A stretch of DNA of 62,522 bases, filler included. It is 4 parts of 4 records of this genome, joined end to end, with 100 filler letters (N's around TTAATTAATTAA, not from the genome) between each part and the next. Parts side by side here need not be neighbours in the genome. Positions count along the whole stretch, not along the records: positions 19,152 to 33,671 come from SRR20825006_682; positions 33,772 to 51,186 come from SRR20825006_684; 2 more parts are not named here. One strand, 5' to 3'. Made by a program: the position numbers and the translations under genes. Every line of letters starts with the position of its first letter. Positions within the stretch are counted from its first letter, which is position 1. Below, piece after piece: positions 28,418-39,322 of the stretch. The notes under the pieces are model-generated. The model saw only the letters and a program-made list of their open reading frames with translations. It was not told the origin of the DNA and made no database searches.

Positions 28418-30690
28418 CAGCGAATGATCATAAGTTTGACAATTTTAGTCTCCACGGCATCTTCGGCGGTGATCAATATAAAATAGACCCCCGAAGCCAC
28501 TCGATATCTTCCAAAAGCGGTTGTATCCCATTGAATGCTTCCGCCTTCTGAGACTTCTTCATAGACTAAATTTCCGTTTAAATCCGTGATTTTCACATTG
28601 GCGTTTTCGGTTAAACCATCAATGGTTACACTGCCGGTAAATGAAGGTCGCACCGGGTTAGGAAAAACCCGAGCATTTTCTAGAGTTTCTTTAGGAGCCA
28701 CCGCACTTCCCGAAAAAGAAACCAAGCCCAAAGGCGTTGCAAAAAACACCTCTCCTGATTCTTCATCAATGCTTATGTCCTGAATATTATTTGAAGGAAG
28801 TGGCGAATTTGTTGTACTAAATTGTTGTAAGGTTTCCTGACCATTAGCGCTAAAGTAAAACACACCGCTAGATACGGTCCCCACCCACTTATTATTATTT
28901 CCGTCAACGGCGATGGCTCGAATAACTTTGTCGTTAAGCAATTCTACAGCGCTACCTGATTCTTCAATGATTATAGGTTGTGTTTGAATTTCGGCATTTT
29001 CAAACATCTGCGCCGGACTAAAAAGTCGTCTAAGTCCTAAGCTGGTACCAATCCATAGCGCGCCATTATTATCAACCGCAAGCGACTGCACATTATCTGA
29101 CGGCAAATTAGATCGCTCAGCATTGAGTAGCCTAAAGCTATTCGCATCCGGATCGTAACCAATAAGACCTCGGTTTGAAGAACCAAGATAGATATTTCCT
29201 AACCTACCAATCACTAATTCTGAATAGCCATTTACCGCATCAAAGTCGGGCAAAATAGAAGCTATGGAGATCCCATCAATTTGATTCCCCGATTTGCGTG
29301 CAAGTGCATTTTCGACCAAACTATTAGTCATCCATAAAACTCCATTACGGTCATAAGCAGCTCCATTTATACGTACATCCGTTGGTGCAAAAGGAATATC
29401 ACTCAAGCCACTGTTAGTCTCATCATACAGTTGCAAGGGCACTTCTTCTACGATTTCAAGAAGGCCGGCATTAAACGAACTCATAAAAACCTGAGCATTG
29501 TCCTCGGGATTATAGGTGATATTCGTGATACTATTAGTTTCCAAAAGCGCCTCAAAAGGAAGATTATACCACCCGGAATCTACCACAAAATGGCTCAGTC
29601 CGCGCTGCTTTAAAGGAAATGGATTATAGGTATCTGAATAATCACCATAAGCCACCCAAAGTTGGCCCGGCGCTGCTTCAATACTAAACGGATCATTGCG
29701 CAGTGGACCATCTGGCAACACCTGAAGCGCTGTCGTTGTGTTTGATGTTGAAGAAATTAACAGACCTCTAGCTTCGGTACCTAAATAGATTTGACCTTGA
29801 GAAGTAAATGCCGAAGTATAGCTGCCAGGATAATCAGCAAGAGCAGCCACTGTTGTCGTCAAATTCCCTGATACATCATAGATCACAATTTGACTATCTA
29901 AACATATCGTAAGCGCATCTTCTGAAGCTAAAAAAGAAACCGGAAGCCGGTCTAACGTGGTTTGTGTATTAAAGCTAGTTCCGTCAAAACGCTGTAGGCT
30001 TTGATTGCTTTTTACCCCCCAAAGTGCATTTCCAAAGGTTTGAATACCTTCCCAACCGGTAGGATCTAAGGTTTCCCAATTTTGAAAATCAATTAAATTA
30101 TCATCGGCTGCCAGTGCACGTCGCAGTCCGCCATTAGGTGAGGCCGCATAAATGTACTCCTCAAAAATAGCAGTTTGTTTGATGTTTAGGCGGGCTCCGT
30201 TATTTCCTATAAAATACGAGTCATCAAATTCTAAACGCGAAAGATCAAACAGAGAAATCCCAAAACCTGTAGCGATGTACAGCGTGTTGTTGTATTCATC
30301 AAAACTGTTAATCGTTTTTTCTGAAGGAAGAATAGCCGGTTTGTCTCGAATAGCGACCAGAGTGGTAACGCTTTCATCCGGTAATACCACATCTATAAGC
30401 CCCGAAGTATAACCCACAAATAAAATGCCGGTAGCTTCACTGAAATGTATGGCGCTAATCGCTTCCCCCAAAAGCCCTTGAATGGTGCTGTACAACTGTG
30501 TTTCATTGGTGTTCAGATCGTAACTAAACACCGAATTCTGCGCAGCTGCAAAGATCTTGTCATTAGCCTCTGCAAGTGCGGTAATCTGATTGTAAGAAAA
30601 ATAAGCCGTCCACGCTTCTGAATACTCCTGAGCAAATGCACAGCATATATTTAATAGGAAGATAAGTAAGTATAGATTCTTTTTGAACAT
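28417..30690 (-). CDS. porZ: PorZ-like beta-propeller protein with a T9SS C-terminal domain
   Basis: Propeller repeats (LPSDNV, VDGNNNKWVGT), VFPNPV and VASGVY CTD; 1-nt overlap with recO. Confidence 0.75.
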   Translation of the reverse strand: MFKKNLYLLIFLLNICCAFAQEYSEAWTAYFSYNQITALAEANDKIFAAAQNSVFSYDLNTNETQLYSTIQGLLGEAISAIHFSEATGILFVGYTSGLIDVVLPDESVTTLVAIRDKPAILPSEKTINSFDEYNNTLYIATGFGISLFDLSRLEFDDSYFIGNNGARLNIKQTAIFEEYIYAASPNGGLRRALAADDNLIDFQNWETLDPTGWEGIQTFGNALWGVKSNQSLQRFDGTSFNTQTTLDRLPVSFLASEDALTICLDSQIVIYDVSGNLTTTVAALADYPGSYTSAFTSQGQIYLGTEARGLLISSTSNTTTALQVLPDGPLRNDPFSIEAAPGQLWVAYGDYSDTYNPFPLKQRGLSHFVVDSGWYNLPFEALLETNSITNITYNPEDNAQVFMSSFNAGLLEIVEEVPLQLYDETNSGLSDIPFAPTDVRINGAAYDRNGVLWMTNSLVENALARKSGNQIDGISIASILPDFDAVNGYSELVIGRLGNIYLGSSNRGLIGYDPDANSFRLLNAERSNLPSDNVQSLAVDNNGALWIGTSLGLRRLFSPAQMFENAEIQTQPIIIEESGSAVELLNDKVIRAIAVDGNNNKWVGTVSSGVFYFSANGQETLQQFSTTNSPLPSNNIQDISIDEESGEVFFATPLGLVSFSGSAVAPKETLENARVFPNPVRPSFTGSVTIDGLTENANVKITDLNGNLVYEEVSEGGSIQWDTTAFGRYRVASGVYFILITAEDAVETKIVKLMIIR

Positions 30691-30744
30691 AAACAGCGCA
30701 CAAGTCTTGTGCTAAAAATACAATATAAGGTGCAGTATGTTTAT

Positions 30745-30775
30745 AAAAAAAGGCTTCGGTTGTACACCGAAGCCT
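30745..30775 (-). terminator. Intrinsic terminator of gdhA
   Basis: AGGCTTCGGT-TGTAC-ACCGAAGCCT with a T-tract on the minus strand. Confidence 0.85.
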
Positions 30776-30806
30776 ATGGCTAAATCTTTTATATAATTTT
30801 CAACCT

Positions 30807-32150
30807 TTACACAATTCCTTGTGCAAGCATCGCTTCGGCAACCTTAACAAAACCGGCGATATTTGCCCCTTTTACATAATCTACAAAGCCATCTTCCTGC
30901 TTACCATACTCTACACACGCGTTGTGAATATCGTACATAATCTCGTGCAGTTTTTTATCTACTTGCTCGGCAGACCAGTTGTAGCGCATACTGTTTTGAG
31001 ACATCTCAAGACCAGAAGTCGCTACACCACCTGCATTAGACGCTTTACCCGGAGAGAATAAAATCTTATTCTCTAAGAACACAGCAACAGCATCTGGAGT
31101 ACAAGGCATATTTGCACCTTCTCCCACAGCCATCACGCCGTTTTTAACGAGCAGCTCAGCATCTTCTTTATCTAATTCATTTTGCGTAGCACAAGGCAAT
31201 GCGATATCGCACTTGATTCCCCAAGGTGCTTTACCCTCGTGAAATTCTGCTTCAGGATACTTCTCAACATACTCTTTGATACGCCCGCGACGCTCGTTTT
31301 TGAGCTCCATTACAAAAGCAAGTTTTTCTTTATCAATACCGGCCTCATCATAAATAAATCCGTCTGAGTCAGAAAGCGTCACCACTTTTGCATCAAGTTG
31401 GGTTGCTTTTTCAGCAGCGTATTGCGCAACGTTACCAGATCCTGAGATCACGATGGTTTTTCCCGCCAGCTTTTCGCCAACATTATTCAACATATATTTT
31501 GTGAAATACACATTACCATAACCTGTTGCTTCAGGACGAATCTTAGAACCGCCGTAAGACAATCCTTTTCCGGTAAGAATTCCTGTAAATTCGTTTTTGA
31601 TACGCTTATACTGACCAAACATATAACCAATTTCACGACCACCCACTCCAATGTCACCAGCAGGCACATCAGTATTAGGACCAATATGGCGATATAATTC
31701 AGTCATAAAGCTTTGGCAAAAACGCATTACTTCAGCATCGCTTTTTCCTCGCGGATTGAAGTCAGAACCTCCTTTACCACCACCCATAGGAAGTGAGGTA
31801 AGGCTGTTTTTGAAGACTTGCTCAAAACCTAAAAACTTAAGAATACTCAAGTTAACCGAAGGATGAAAACGCAAACCACCCTTGTAAGGTCCAATAGCCG
31901 AATTAAATTCGATACGATATCCTTTATTGATCTGAGTTTCTCCCTGATCATCAACCCAAGGCACTCTGAACAAGATCGCGCGCTCTGGCTCAACCATACG
32001 CTCCAGAAGCTTTTTGCCTTGGTATCTAGGATTATTTTCTATAAAAGGAATAACAGTTTCTGCGACTTCCTGTACTGCCTGAATGAATTCCGGCTCGTTT
32101 GGATTAGCTTTCTCAACAGAATCAACAAAATTTTTAATGCTATCTGTCAT
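30807..32150 (-). CDS. gdhA: NADP-specific glutamate dehydrogenase
   Basis: GPYKGGLRFH, GGGKGGSDF, DVPAGDIG, GSGNVAQ, NAGGVA. Confidence 0.97.
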   Translation of the reverse strand: MTDSIKNFVDSVEKANPNEPEFIQAVQEVAETVIPFIENNPRYQGKKLLERMVEPERAILFRVPWVDDQGETQINKGYRIEFNSAIGPYKGGLRFHPSVNLSILKFLGFEQVFKNSLTSLPMGGGKGGSDFNPRGKSDAEVMRFCQSFMTELYRHIGPNTDVPAGDIGVGGREIGYMFGQYKRIKNEFTGILTGKGLSYGGSKIRPEATGYGNVYFTKYMLNNVGEKLAGKTIVISGSGNVAQYAAEKATQLDAKVVTLSDSDGFIYDEAGIDKEKLAFVMELKNERRGRIKEYVEKYPEAEFHEGKAPWGIKCDIALPCATQNELDKEDAELLVKNGVMAVGEGANMPCTPDAVAVFLENKILFSPGKASNAGGVATSGLEMSQNSMRYNWSAEQVDKKLHEIMYDIHNACVEYGKQEDGFVDYVKGANIAGFVKVAEAMLAQGIV

Positions 32151-32196
32151 TATATGATTTTTTTGAATTTATAATTTTTAACATACGAAAACGTTG

Positions 32197-32204
32197 CAAA
32201 TATA
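32197..32204 (-). promoter_or_regulatory. -7 promoter element for gdhA
   Basis: TATATTTG on the minus strand. Confidence 0.6.
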
Positions 32205-32326
32205 TGATATTAATAAAAAATGGTATGTTATTTTTAGATATTCTTAATATTGATATTTCGTTTTTACGACATTTATGATAAAATTAGTAGCCCGGGCATA
32301 ATTCTAGGTTAAAACCTCAATTTTAC

Positions 32327-32334
32327 TATATTTG
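32327..32334 (+). promoter_or_regulatory. -7 promoter element for the divergent beta-barrel gene
   Basis: TATATTTG 24 nt upstream of the ATG at 32359. Confidence 0.6.
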
Positions 32335-32358
32335 TTGCACCATAAGTCCCCAAAACTA

Positions 32359-33168
32359 ATGAATACCAAAATCCTATTTTCGGTATTAATCATCTGCTTA
32401 TCAATCCCTTTTGCAGGTAAAGCACAGCTTGCGTTTTCTAACGAAGTTGGTGTAATTGCGGGACCGTTACTTTTTCAATCAGATTTCGGCCTTAGAAACA
32501 ATGTAGACACCAACATTAACAATCAAGGTTGGGGTATTGGTATCGTACATTACTTTAACTTTTCTTACCGCGCAGATTGTAACTGTTATACCCGTGATCG
32601 CTATTTTAACGACCATTTCAAATTACGCTCTGAAGCCGATTTGCATTATACTAAATTCACCCATGAAGGTATAGAGTCTCAGAAAGACACCGACGAAGGT
32701 CGTGATCTACGTGACCATACCGGAAGCTCCCTTGTGTTTGAACTGGGTATGCAACTAGAATATTTTCCGTTGAGTATTCGGGATTTTCAAGCCGGCGGAT
32801 TTAGAATAGCCCCGTATATTAGTTTAGGCGCTCACTATGTAGGCTTTAACCCCTCCTACGAATCCTCACAAGATGTACCCGGAGCCACACCAGAGGATAT
32901 CTATTTTGATGATTTTCTCGTGGGTGACGGCGGGGAGCTTGGTGGCATCAGCGATGCATCTGGAAATACCTGGACATTAACCGGAAGCGTAGGAATTAGA
33001 TACAAACTAACGGTTTTAAGTGACCTTAATCTTGAATTGAGATACCATAAATACTACTCCAATTGGGTAGATGGCTTAAATCCTGATCCCGAGTTTTATC
33101 CTCCCAACAAATACGATGATTCTATCGTTTGGCTGAATATCGGCTATATTTATTACCTTAATTTTTAA
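32359..33168 (+). CDS. Putative outer-membrane beta-barrel protein divergent from gdhA
   Basis: Signal peptide, alternating beta-strand pattern, SNWVDGL, aromatic C-terminus (IGYIYYLNF). Confidence 0.7.
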   Translation: MNTKILFSVLIICLSIPFAGKAQLAFSNEVGVIAGPLLFQSDFGLRNNVDTNINNQGWGIGIVHYFNFSYRADCNCYTRDRYFNDHFKLRSEADLHYTKFTHEGIESQKDTDEGRDLRDHTGSSLVFELGMQLEYFPLSIRDFQAGGFRIAPYISLGAHYVGFNPSYESSQDVPGATPEDIYFDDFLVGDGGELGGISDASGNTWTLTGSVGIRYKLTVLSDLNLELRYHKYYSNWVDGLNPDPEFYPPNKYDDSIVWLNIGYIYYLNF

Positions 33169-33187
33169 GAACGTCTGGCTAATAGTC

Positions 33188-33671
<484 letters not shown>

Positions 33672-33771
33672 NNNNNNNNNNNNNNNNNNNNNNNNNNNNN
33701 NNNNNNNNNNNNNNNTTAATTAATTAANNNNNNNNNNNNNNNNNNNNNNNNNNNNNNNNNNNNNNNNNNNN
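33672..33771. other. Artificial contig linker
   Basis: N44-TTAATTAATTAA-N44. Confidence 0.98.
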
Positions 33772-35155
33772 GCTGCTCGATGAGCCGACCAACTATCTCG
33801 ATCTTGAAGGCACCTTATGGCTGGAGCGTTATCTGGCAAACTATCCCTATACGGTCTTTATGATCTCGCACGACCGGGATTTGCTCAATAAAGCGGTCAA
33901 TTCCATTGTGCATTTGGAACGCGGTGGCCTAAGCTTTTACCGCGGCGCTTATGATCAGTTTGAGGAAAATCGCCGCTTGCAGATGGACATCAACAACAAG
34001 CAGCGTGAAAAGCAGCTTGAGCAGATCGCCCATATGCAAAAGTTTGTGGATCGGTTCCGGGCGAAAGCGACCAAAGCAAAGCAGGCTCAATCTCGCTTGA
34101 AACGGATTGAGAAGATCAAGCCTGTGGAAGCACTGTTCGACGAACATGTGGCCCCCTTCACCTTCCCGCAGCCTAAGCGTGCGGTTTCGGCCCCCATTAT
34201 CGATATGGAAATGGCGGCAACCGGATATGAAGAAGGCACGCCTATCCTCAGCCGCATCAGCGGCCGCATTGATCCTGAAGATCGCATTGCGCTTGTGGGC
34301 ATCAATGGCAATGGTAAGTCCACTTTCGCCAAATTGCTGGCCGGTGAACTGAAGCTGATGGATGGCCGGCTCACCAAAGCACGTAAGCTTGAGGTGGCGC
34401 ACTTCGCACAGCATCAGATGGATATGCTCAAGCCAAAGCAAACGCCTTTGGAGCATGTTGAACCGCTTATGCCTTATGACAGTGAGGCAAAGCGGCGGGC
34501 ACGGGTGGCACAGATGGGCCTTACCACCTCGCGCATGGATACGTTGGCAGAAAATCTTTCCGGTGGTGAGAAAGCACGTCTTTTGATGGGATTGGTCACT
34601 TTTAACGGGCCAAACCTGTTGATCTTGGACGAACCGACCAACCATTTGGACATTGATAGCCGCGATGCCTTGGTGCAGGCGCTCAATGAATATGAAGGTG
34701 CGGTGTTGATCATTTCTCACGATCGGCATTTGATCGAGGCGACGGTGGACCAGCTTTGGATTGCCAAAGATGGCACCATCTCCGTGTGCGATTATGATCT
34801 TGAGACCTATCAACGGTCCCTCACCGGAACACGCGACAAGCCAGAGCCGAACAAAGCCAACAGCCCTGCGGACAAAAAGAAAGACCGCAAGGTCGCTGCC
34901 GAAAAACGCGCGCAGCTTGCGCCCTTACGCAAGGAAATCAAACAGTTAGAATCCAAGGTTGAAAAATTGAATCAACAATTGGCAAAAACTGACGAAGCCT
35001 TGGAAGACCCTGATTTATTTCAAAAAGATCCGGAAAAAGCTGTGCAATTGGGCAAAGATCGGGCAGATTTGGCCAAGGATATTGAGGCGGCGGAAGAGCT
35101 TTGGCTGGAGAAGCTTGCCACCTTGGAAGAGGCGCAGGAGGAACTGGGCCTTTAA
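33772..35155 (+). CDS. ABC-F family ATPase (YheS-like), 5'-truncated
   Basis: LLDEPTNYLD at the contig start, GINGNGKS, LSGGE, LDEPTNHLD, C-terminal coiled coil. Confidence 0.92.
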
Positions 35156-35172
35156 GCATTTGGGGGTCTAGT

Positions 35173-35967
35173 ATGCGATTGCTTTTTTCACTTCTTTTGA
35201 CATTGGGGGCACTTGTGTCCCCAATGTTGGCGCAAGAACTCACCGACGAACAATATGATGAAGCTGTTGAGTTTGCCCAAAACAATACGCGCTTTGTGCT
35301 TTATCACGAGTTTGGCCATCTGGTGATTGCTCAGTTTGGCTTGCCTATCTTGGGTAAGGAAGAAGATGCGGCGGACAATATCGCGTCCGTGATCTTGCTG
35401 GGCGAGCGCGATGAAGAATATGACAATATCTTATTCGACGCCGCCGATGGTTGGTATTTGTCCGACATCTCCAACACTGAAGATTTTGAAGAATCTGATT
35501 TCTACGACAGCCACAGCCTTGATATTCAACGCTCTTATCAAATTGTATGTTTGATGGCGGGTCAAAGCGTGGAAACGTTTGGCGATTTTGCTGCTGAATA
35601 TGGGTTGGATGAGGACCGCATTGATTTGTGCGCCGCTGATTATGAACAGTTGGAACAATCTTGGGCGGTGATGACCGAGTCATTTATCGACCCAATGCGC
35701 GGCGATGGTTACACCGCCAAAATTATCTATGACGAGCCAACTGCAGAAACTGAGCTTTCCGCCCAGATCGTCAAGGATTCCGGCATGTTGGAAGAGTTGC
35801 AACAGCGCTTTGCAGGAACTTTGCCAGAAGAAACCATTTTCCGCGCCACCTCATGTGACGAGCAAAATGCTTTTTACGATCCGGAAAAAGCTGAGATTGT
35901 CATGTGTTACGAGCTGACCGATCTGTTTTTGGATCTGGTGATCGAGGACATTTTGTCTGAGGAATAG
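35173..35967 (+). CDS. DUF4344-like putative metallopeptidase, secreted
   Basis: Signal peptide from ATG 35173, HEFGH, EEDAAD, HSLD-x-QR, NAFYDP..MCYE. Confidence 0.75.
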   Translation: MRLLFSLLLTLGALVSPMLAQELTDEQYDEAVEFAQNNTRFVLYHEFGHLVIAQFGLPILGKEEDAADNIASVILLGERDEEYDNILFDAADGWYLSDISNTEDFEESDFYDSHSLDIQRSYQIVCLMAGQSVETFGDFAAEYGLDEDRIDLCAADYEQLEQSWAVMTESFIDPMRGDGYTAKIIYDEPTAETELSAQIVKDSGMLEELQQRFAGTLPEETIFRATSCDEQNAFYDPEKAEIVMCYELTDLFLDLVIEDILSEE

Positions 35968-35976
35968 CCCTTAGGC

Positions 35977-36047
35977 GCCCTTGCTCTGCATTCAAGGGCA
36001 ATTTTCATAAATTCTGCCGGGCATGTTGCTTGAACTTGTGCCCGGCA
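35977..36047. terminator. Two hairpins after the metallopeptidase gene
   Basis: GCCCTTG..CAAGGGC followed by AATTTT, and TGCCGGGCA..TGCCCGGCA. Confidence 0.45.
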
Positions 36048-36092
36048 ACGCCAATTTCTGGGGTCCTGATATAAAGCTAACTGCTTGGACCA

Positions 36093-37187
36093 ATGGCCAT
36101 TTTAAAGAAAATCATTTTGCTCGCTTTGAGCGCCCTCACCCTAACCGTCGTCATCGCTATTAGCTTTGCACTTTGGTTTAGCCCCGGCAAAACACCCACA
36201 ATTTCAAGCGCTAACGTCGGCACGCAGCCCATTGCCGAGCAGCAAAGATTGGCCATCAATGGCAGTGAGCAATACTTGCTGTTGCGTGGTGCCAACCGCG
36301 ACAATCCCGTGCTGCTGTTGGTGCATGGCGGTCCCGGTTCGCCAGACACGCCATTTTATCGGCACCACAATGCGGTGTTGGAACAGCACTTTACCCTCGC
36401 CTTCTGGCATCAGCGCGGCGCAGGCAAGTCACAGCGTAGTGGTTTAAATTCGGAAGATTTCACGGTTGAGCAATTTGTGGCTGACACACACGCGGTCACC
36501 GCGCATCTCAAGCAAAGCCTTGGCAAAGACAAGATTTTCATTCTCGGCCACTCTTGGGGTTCCATGTTGGCGCTCTCCACCGTTGCTGCCCATCCTGACG
36601 ATTACCACGCCTATATCGGCACCGGGCAATTGGCCAATGTCCCCGCCAGCGAGGCCCTCGCTTTTCAAGCGGCACTAGAACATGCGAAATCTTCAGATGA
36701 TGACGCGGCCCTGGCACAACTACAAAAAGTCGGCGCATTCAGCGACGTACCCATCGATGCAGATTTTCTCACGGCACGTGCACAGGTTTCGCGCTTTGGG
36801 CTTTTTTATAAAAAAGGTCCGTTTGATCTGTTTATCAAGCCACTCATTTTGACCCAGGAATATAGCCTGACCGACAAAATTGATTTTGTCCGGGAGGCCC
36901 AATCTCTAGAGTCCATCATGAACTCCCTTGCATTCAATCTGCTGCCCGTCATCTTTAACACCGACGTGAGCACCGAAATCCCTGCGGTCGATGTGCCAGT
37001 GTTCATGCTGCAAGGCCGCCACGATTTTCTAGCTCATCATGACGTGGCAAAAGACTATTTCGACCGTCTAAACGCGCCTCAAAAACAGTTCTTCAGTTTC
37101 GAGAAGTCAGCCCACTTCCCGGCCTTTGAAGAACCGCAAAAATTCAATCAGATTTTGATAGAGCAAATACGCCCGATCGCAAATTAG
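36093..37187 (+). CDS. Alpha/beta hydrolase, proline-iminopeptidase-like, N-terminal anchor
   Basis: HGGPG, QRGAGKS, GHSWG, GRHD, SAHFP. Confidence 0.88.
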   Translation: MAILKKIILLALSALTLTVVIAISFALWFSPGKTPTISSANVGTQPIAEQQRLAINGSEQYLLLRGANRDNPVLLLVHGGPGSPDTPFYRHHNAVLEQHFTLAFWHQRGAGKSQRSGLNSEDFTVEQFVADTHAVTAHLKQSLGKDKIFILGHSWGSMLALSTVAAHPDDYHAYIGTGQLANVPASEALAFQAALEHAKSSDDDAALAQLQKVGAFSDVPIDADFLTARAQVSRFGLFYKKGPFDLFIKPLILTQEYSLTDKIDFVREAQSLESIMNSLAFNLLPVIFNTDVSTEIPAVDVPVFMLQGRHDFLAHHDVAKDYFDRLNAPQKQFFSFEKSAHFPAFEEPQKFNQILIEQIRPIAN

Positions 37188-37189
37188 GC

Positions 37190-37648
37190 CTAAGCCTTTT
37201 TCACCCAGTGCCCGTTTGGTTCTTGCTGCCAATAGGTCAGCTCGTGGCCTTGATTTAGGGTTTTCCACGCTTGGCGGGCCCGGGTCACGGCGTCCGGGTC
37301 GTGGCCGTTAAACATGAACACAACGCGTTCATAGCCCTCAGGATTTTCGGGCACTGCCCCTTCCACAAAGAAGCGGATTTGGGCGCTGTTGGGGTTTTCA
37401 TCATTGTCGGCGATCAGCACAGGCATTTCAGCCAATTCGTCCAAATCCATTTGGTCAGACAGCACCATATGCGGCAAAAAGCTTTCTGGCCGAAAGGTCC
37501 ACAGCGCCTCGTCCAGCGCGTGAATTTTGCCGGGGTTGGCGCATTGCACCATGGCGCGCCAACCCCGCTCAAGTGTTTTTTCAAGCAGAACGGGCAGCAC
37601 GGCTTCAACGGGCTTTTGCTCTAGATGATAGAACAGAATTTCTGTCAT
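37190..37648 (-). CDS. holC: DNA polymerase III subunit chi
   Basis: FYHL, LDEALWTF..SFLPH, AR-x-x-WK, YWQQ; downstream of pepA. Confidence 0.93.
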   Translation of the reverse strand: MTEILFYHLEQKPVEAVLPVLLEKTLERGWRAMVQCANPGKIHALDEALWTFRPESFLPHMVLSDQMDLDELAEMPVLIADNDENPNSAQIRFFVEGAVPENPEGYERVVFMFNGHDPDAVTRARQAWKTLNQGHELTYWQQEPNGHWVKKA

Positions 37649-37666
37649 GCTGCCTGCTCCCAAAGT

Positions 37667-39154
37667 TTATTCGTAATGGTTGCGCACCATTTGATCGAGC
37701 AAATAGACGCCAAAACCAGTTGCCCAGCTTTTGTTGACGGCTGTTGCTGGCACGCCCATTGCAGTCGACAAATCCAAATGCGCCCATTTGGTTTCCCCCA
37801 CAAACCGCTTCAAGAATTGCGCGGCGGTGATGGCACCGGCCCAACGGCCACCGATATTTTTCATATCAGCGTTTTTGCTGTCGATCAGCTTGTCATATGC
37901 CGGCCCCATTGGGAAGCGCCATACTTTTTCGTTGGTTTCCAAGCCAGCTGCGGTGATGCGTTCGGCCAATTCATCATCGTTGGAGAACAGGCCGGCATGT
38001 TCATTGCCCAAGGCCACCATGTTGGCGCCAGTCAATGTGGCCAAATTGACCATGAATTTTGGCTTAAATGTTTCTTTGGTGTACCAAAGCGCATCTGCCA
38101 AAACCAAGCGGCCTTCCGCATCAGTGTTCAGCACTTCAATGGTTTGGCCTGACATCGAGGTCACAATGTCACCCGGGCGCTGTGCGTTACCGTCGAGCAT
38201 GTTTTCAACTAAACCGATCACGCCAATCACGTTGATTTTTGGCTTACGCAGCGCAACGGTTTTCATCAAACCCGCCACGGCACCTGCGCCGCCCATATCG
38301 CCTTTCATGTCTTCCATGCCGCCTGCTGGCTTGATGGAGAGACCACCGCTGTCAAACACAACGCCTTTGCCCACAAACGCCACTGGCGCGTCGCCCTTCG
38401 CGCCGCCATTCCATTTCATAATGGCCAAGCGTGGGGGACGAACTGAACCTTGTGCCACACCCAGAAGTGCGCCCATGCCCAGCTTTTTCATCTGTGCTTC
38501 GTCGAGCAGCTCAACTTCCATGCCTTCTTTTTCAAGCTCATTCACCGCATCGGCAAACTCTAGTGTGCCCAACGCATTGGCAGGTTCATTCACCAAATCA
38601 CGCGCGAAAATTGTGCCCTCGGTTACGCAATCACGATCTTTGTGCGCTTCAGCCGCGTCTTTGGCGTGGCCGGTTTCCAGCGTCACTTCAATTTCGCTCG
38701 CGCGATCGTCATCATTGTTTTTGGTGATGTATTTATCAAACCGATAATGGCTGAGCTTCAAGCCAGCCGCTACCTCAGCCACATTGCTTGCAGCAAACAA
38801 ATCATCGTCCAACACCACGCGCGATGTGTTGCCGGGGCGGCTGCTCAATTGATCAATCAACTTGCCGCCAAATGACGCAAATTCATGCTTTGCGCTATCT
38901 TTGGCCAATCCATCTGTACCTGCAACCAACAGCAGGTCTGCGTCTAAATTTTGCGGCGCAAGGATAGGCAAAAATGTGCCGCTTTTGCCTTTAAACTTGG
39001 CTGCCTGCGCCAGTTTTTGGATATCAAGGCCAGTTTCTGCCCAAATGGCTTTGCCTTCTTTTGAGAAATCCAAATCACCATTTGCGGTGATCACGATGTT
39101 TTTCCCGGTGCCTTTGCCATGTTCAGCAATAGCAATTGTCAATGTTTGACCCAT
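37667..39154 (-). CDS. pepA: Leucyl aminopeptidase (M17)
   Basis: VGKGVVFDSGG, MKGDMGG, NTDAEGRL, ATLTGA. Confidence 0.95.
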   Translation of the reverse strand: MGQTLTIAIAEHGKGTGKNIVITANGDLDFSKEGKAIWAETGLDIQKLAQAAKFKGKSGTFLPILAPQNLDADLLLVAGTDGLAKDSAKHEFASFGGKLIDQLSSRPGNTSRVVLDDDLFAASNVAEVAAGLKLSHYRFDKYITKNNDDDRASEIEVTLETGHAKDAAEAHKDRDCVTEGTIFARDLVNEPANALGTLEFADAVNELEKEGMEVELLDEAQMKKLGMGALLGVAQGSVRPPRLAIMKWNGGAKGDAPVAFVGKGVVFDSGGLSIKPAGGMEDMKGDMGGAGAVAGLMKTVALRKPKINVIGVIGLVENMLDGNAQRPGDIVTSMSGQTIEVLNTDAEGRLVLADALWYTKETFKPKFMVNLATLTGANMVALGNEHAGLFSNDDELAERITAAGLETNEKVWRFPMGPAYDKLIDSKNADMKNIGGRWAGAITAAQFLKRFVGETKWAHLDLSTAMGVPATAVNKSWATGFGVYLLDQMVRNHYE

Positions 39155-39322
39155 ATTCCCTATCCCAGTTGATTGAAGGTAGGCGCGAACGCGCCAAATT
39201 TGATTTTTTACTAAATTGCGTCAGTTCGAGGAAAAGTGCAACCAACAGTAAAAAGATTTTGATGGATTAAATCTTATGTAAAAAAGATGGTGAAGCGGGC
39301 CAAGCTGTGGCAAAAGTTCACT

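Noticed and set aside
33929-34813. 294-aa antisense ORF
   Set aside because: Shadow of the ABC-F gene; no motifs, and expected in GC-richer coding DNA.
37731-38747. 338-aa antisense ORF
   Set aside because: Mirror frame of pepA with a Ser/Pro/Ala-biased, motif-free sequence.
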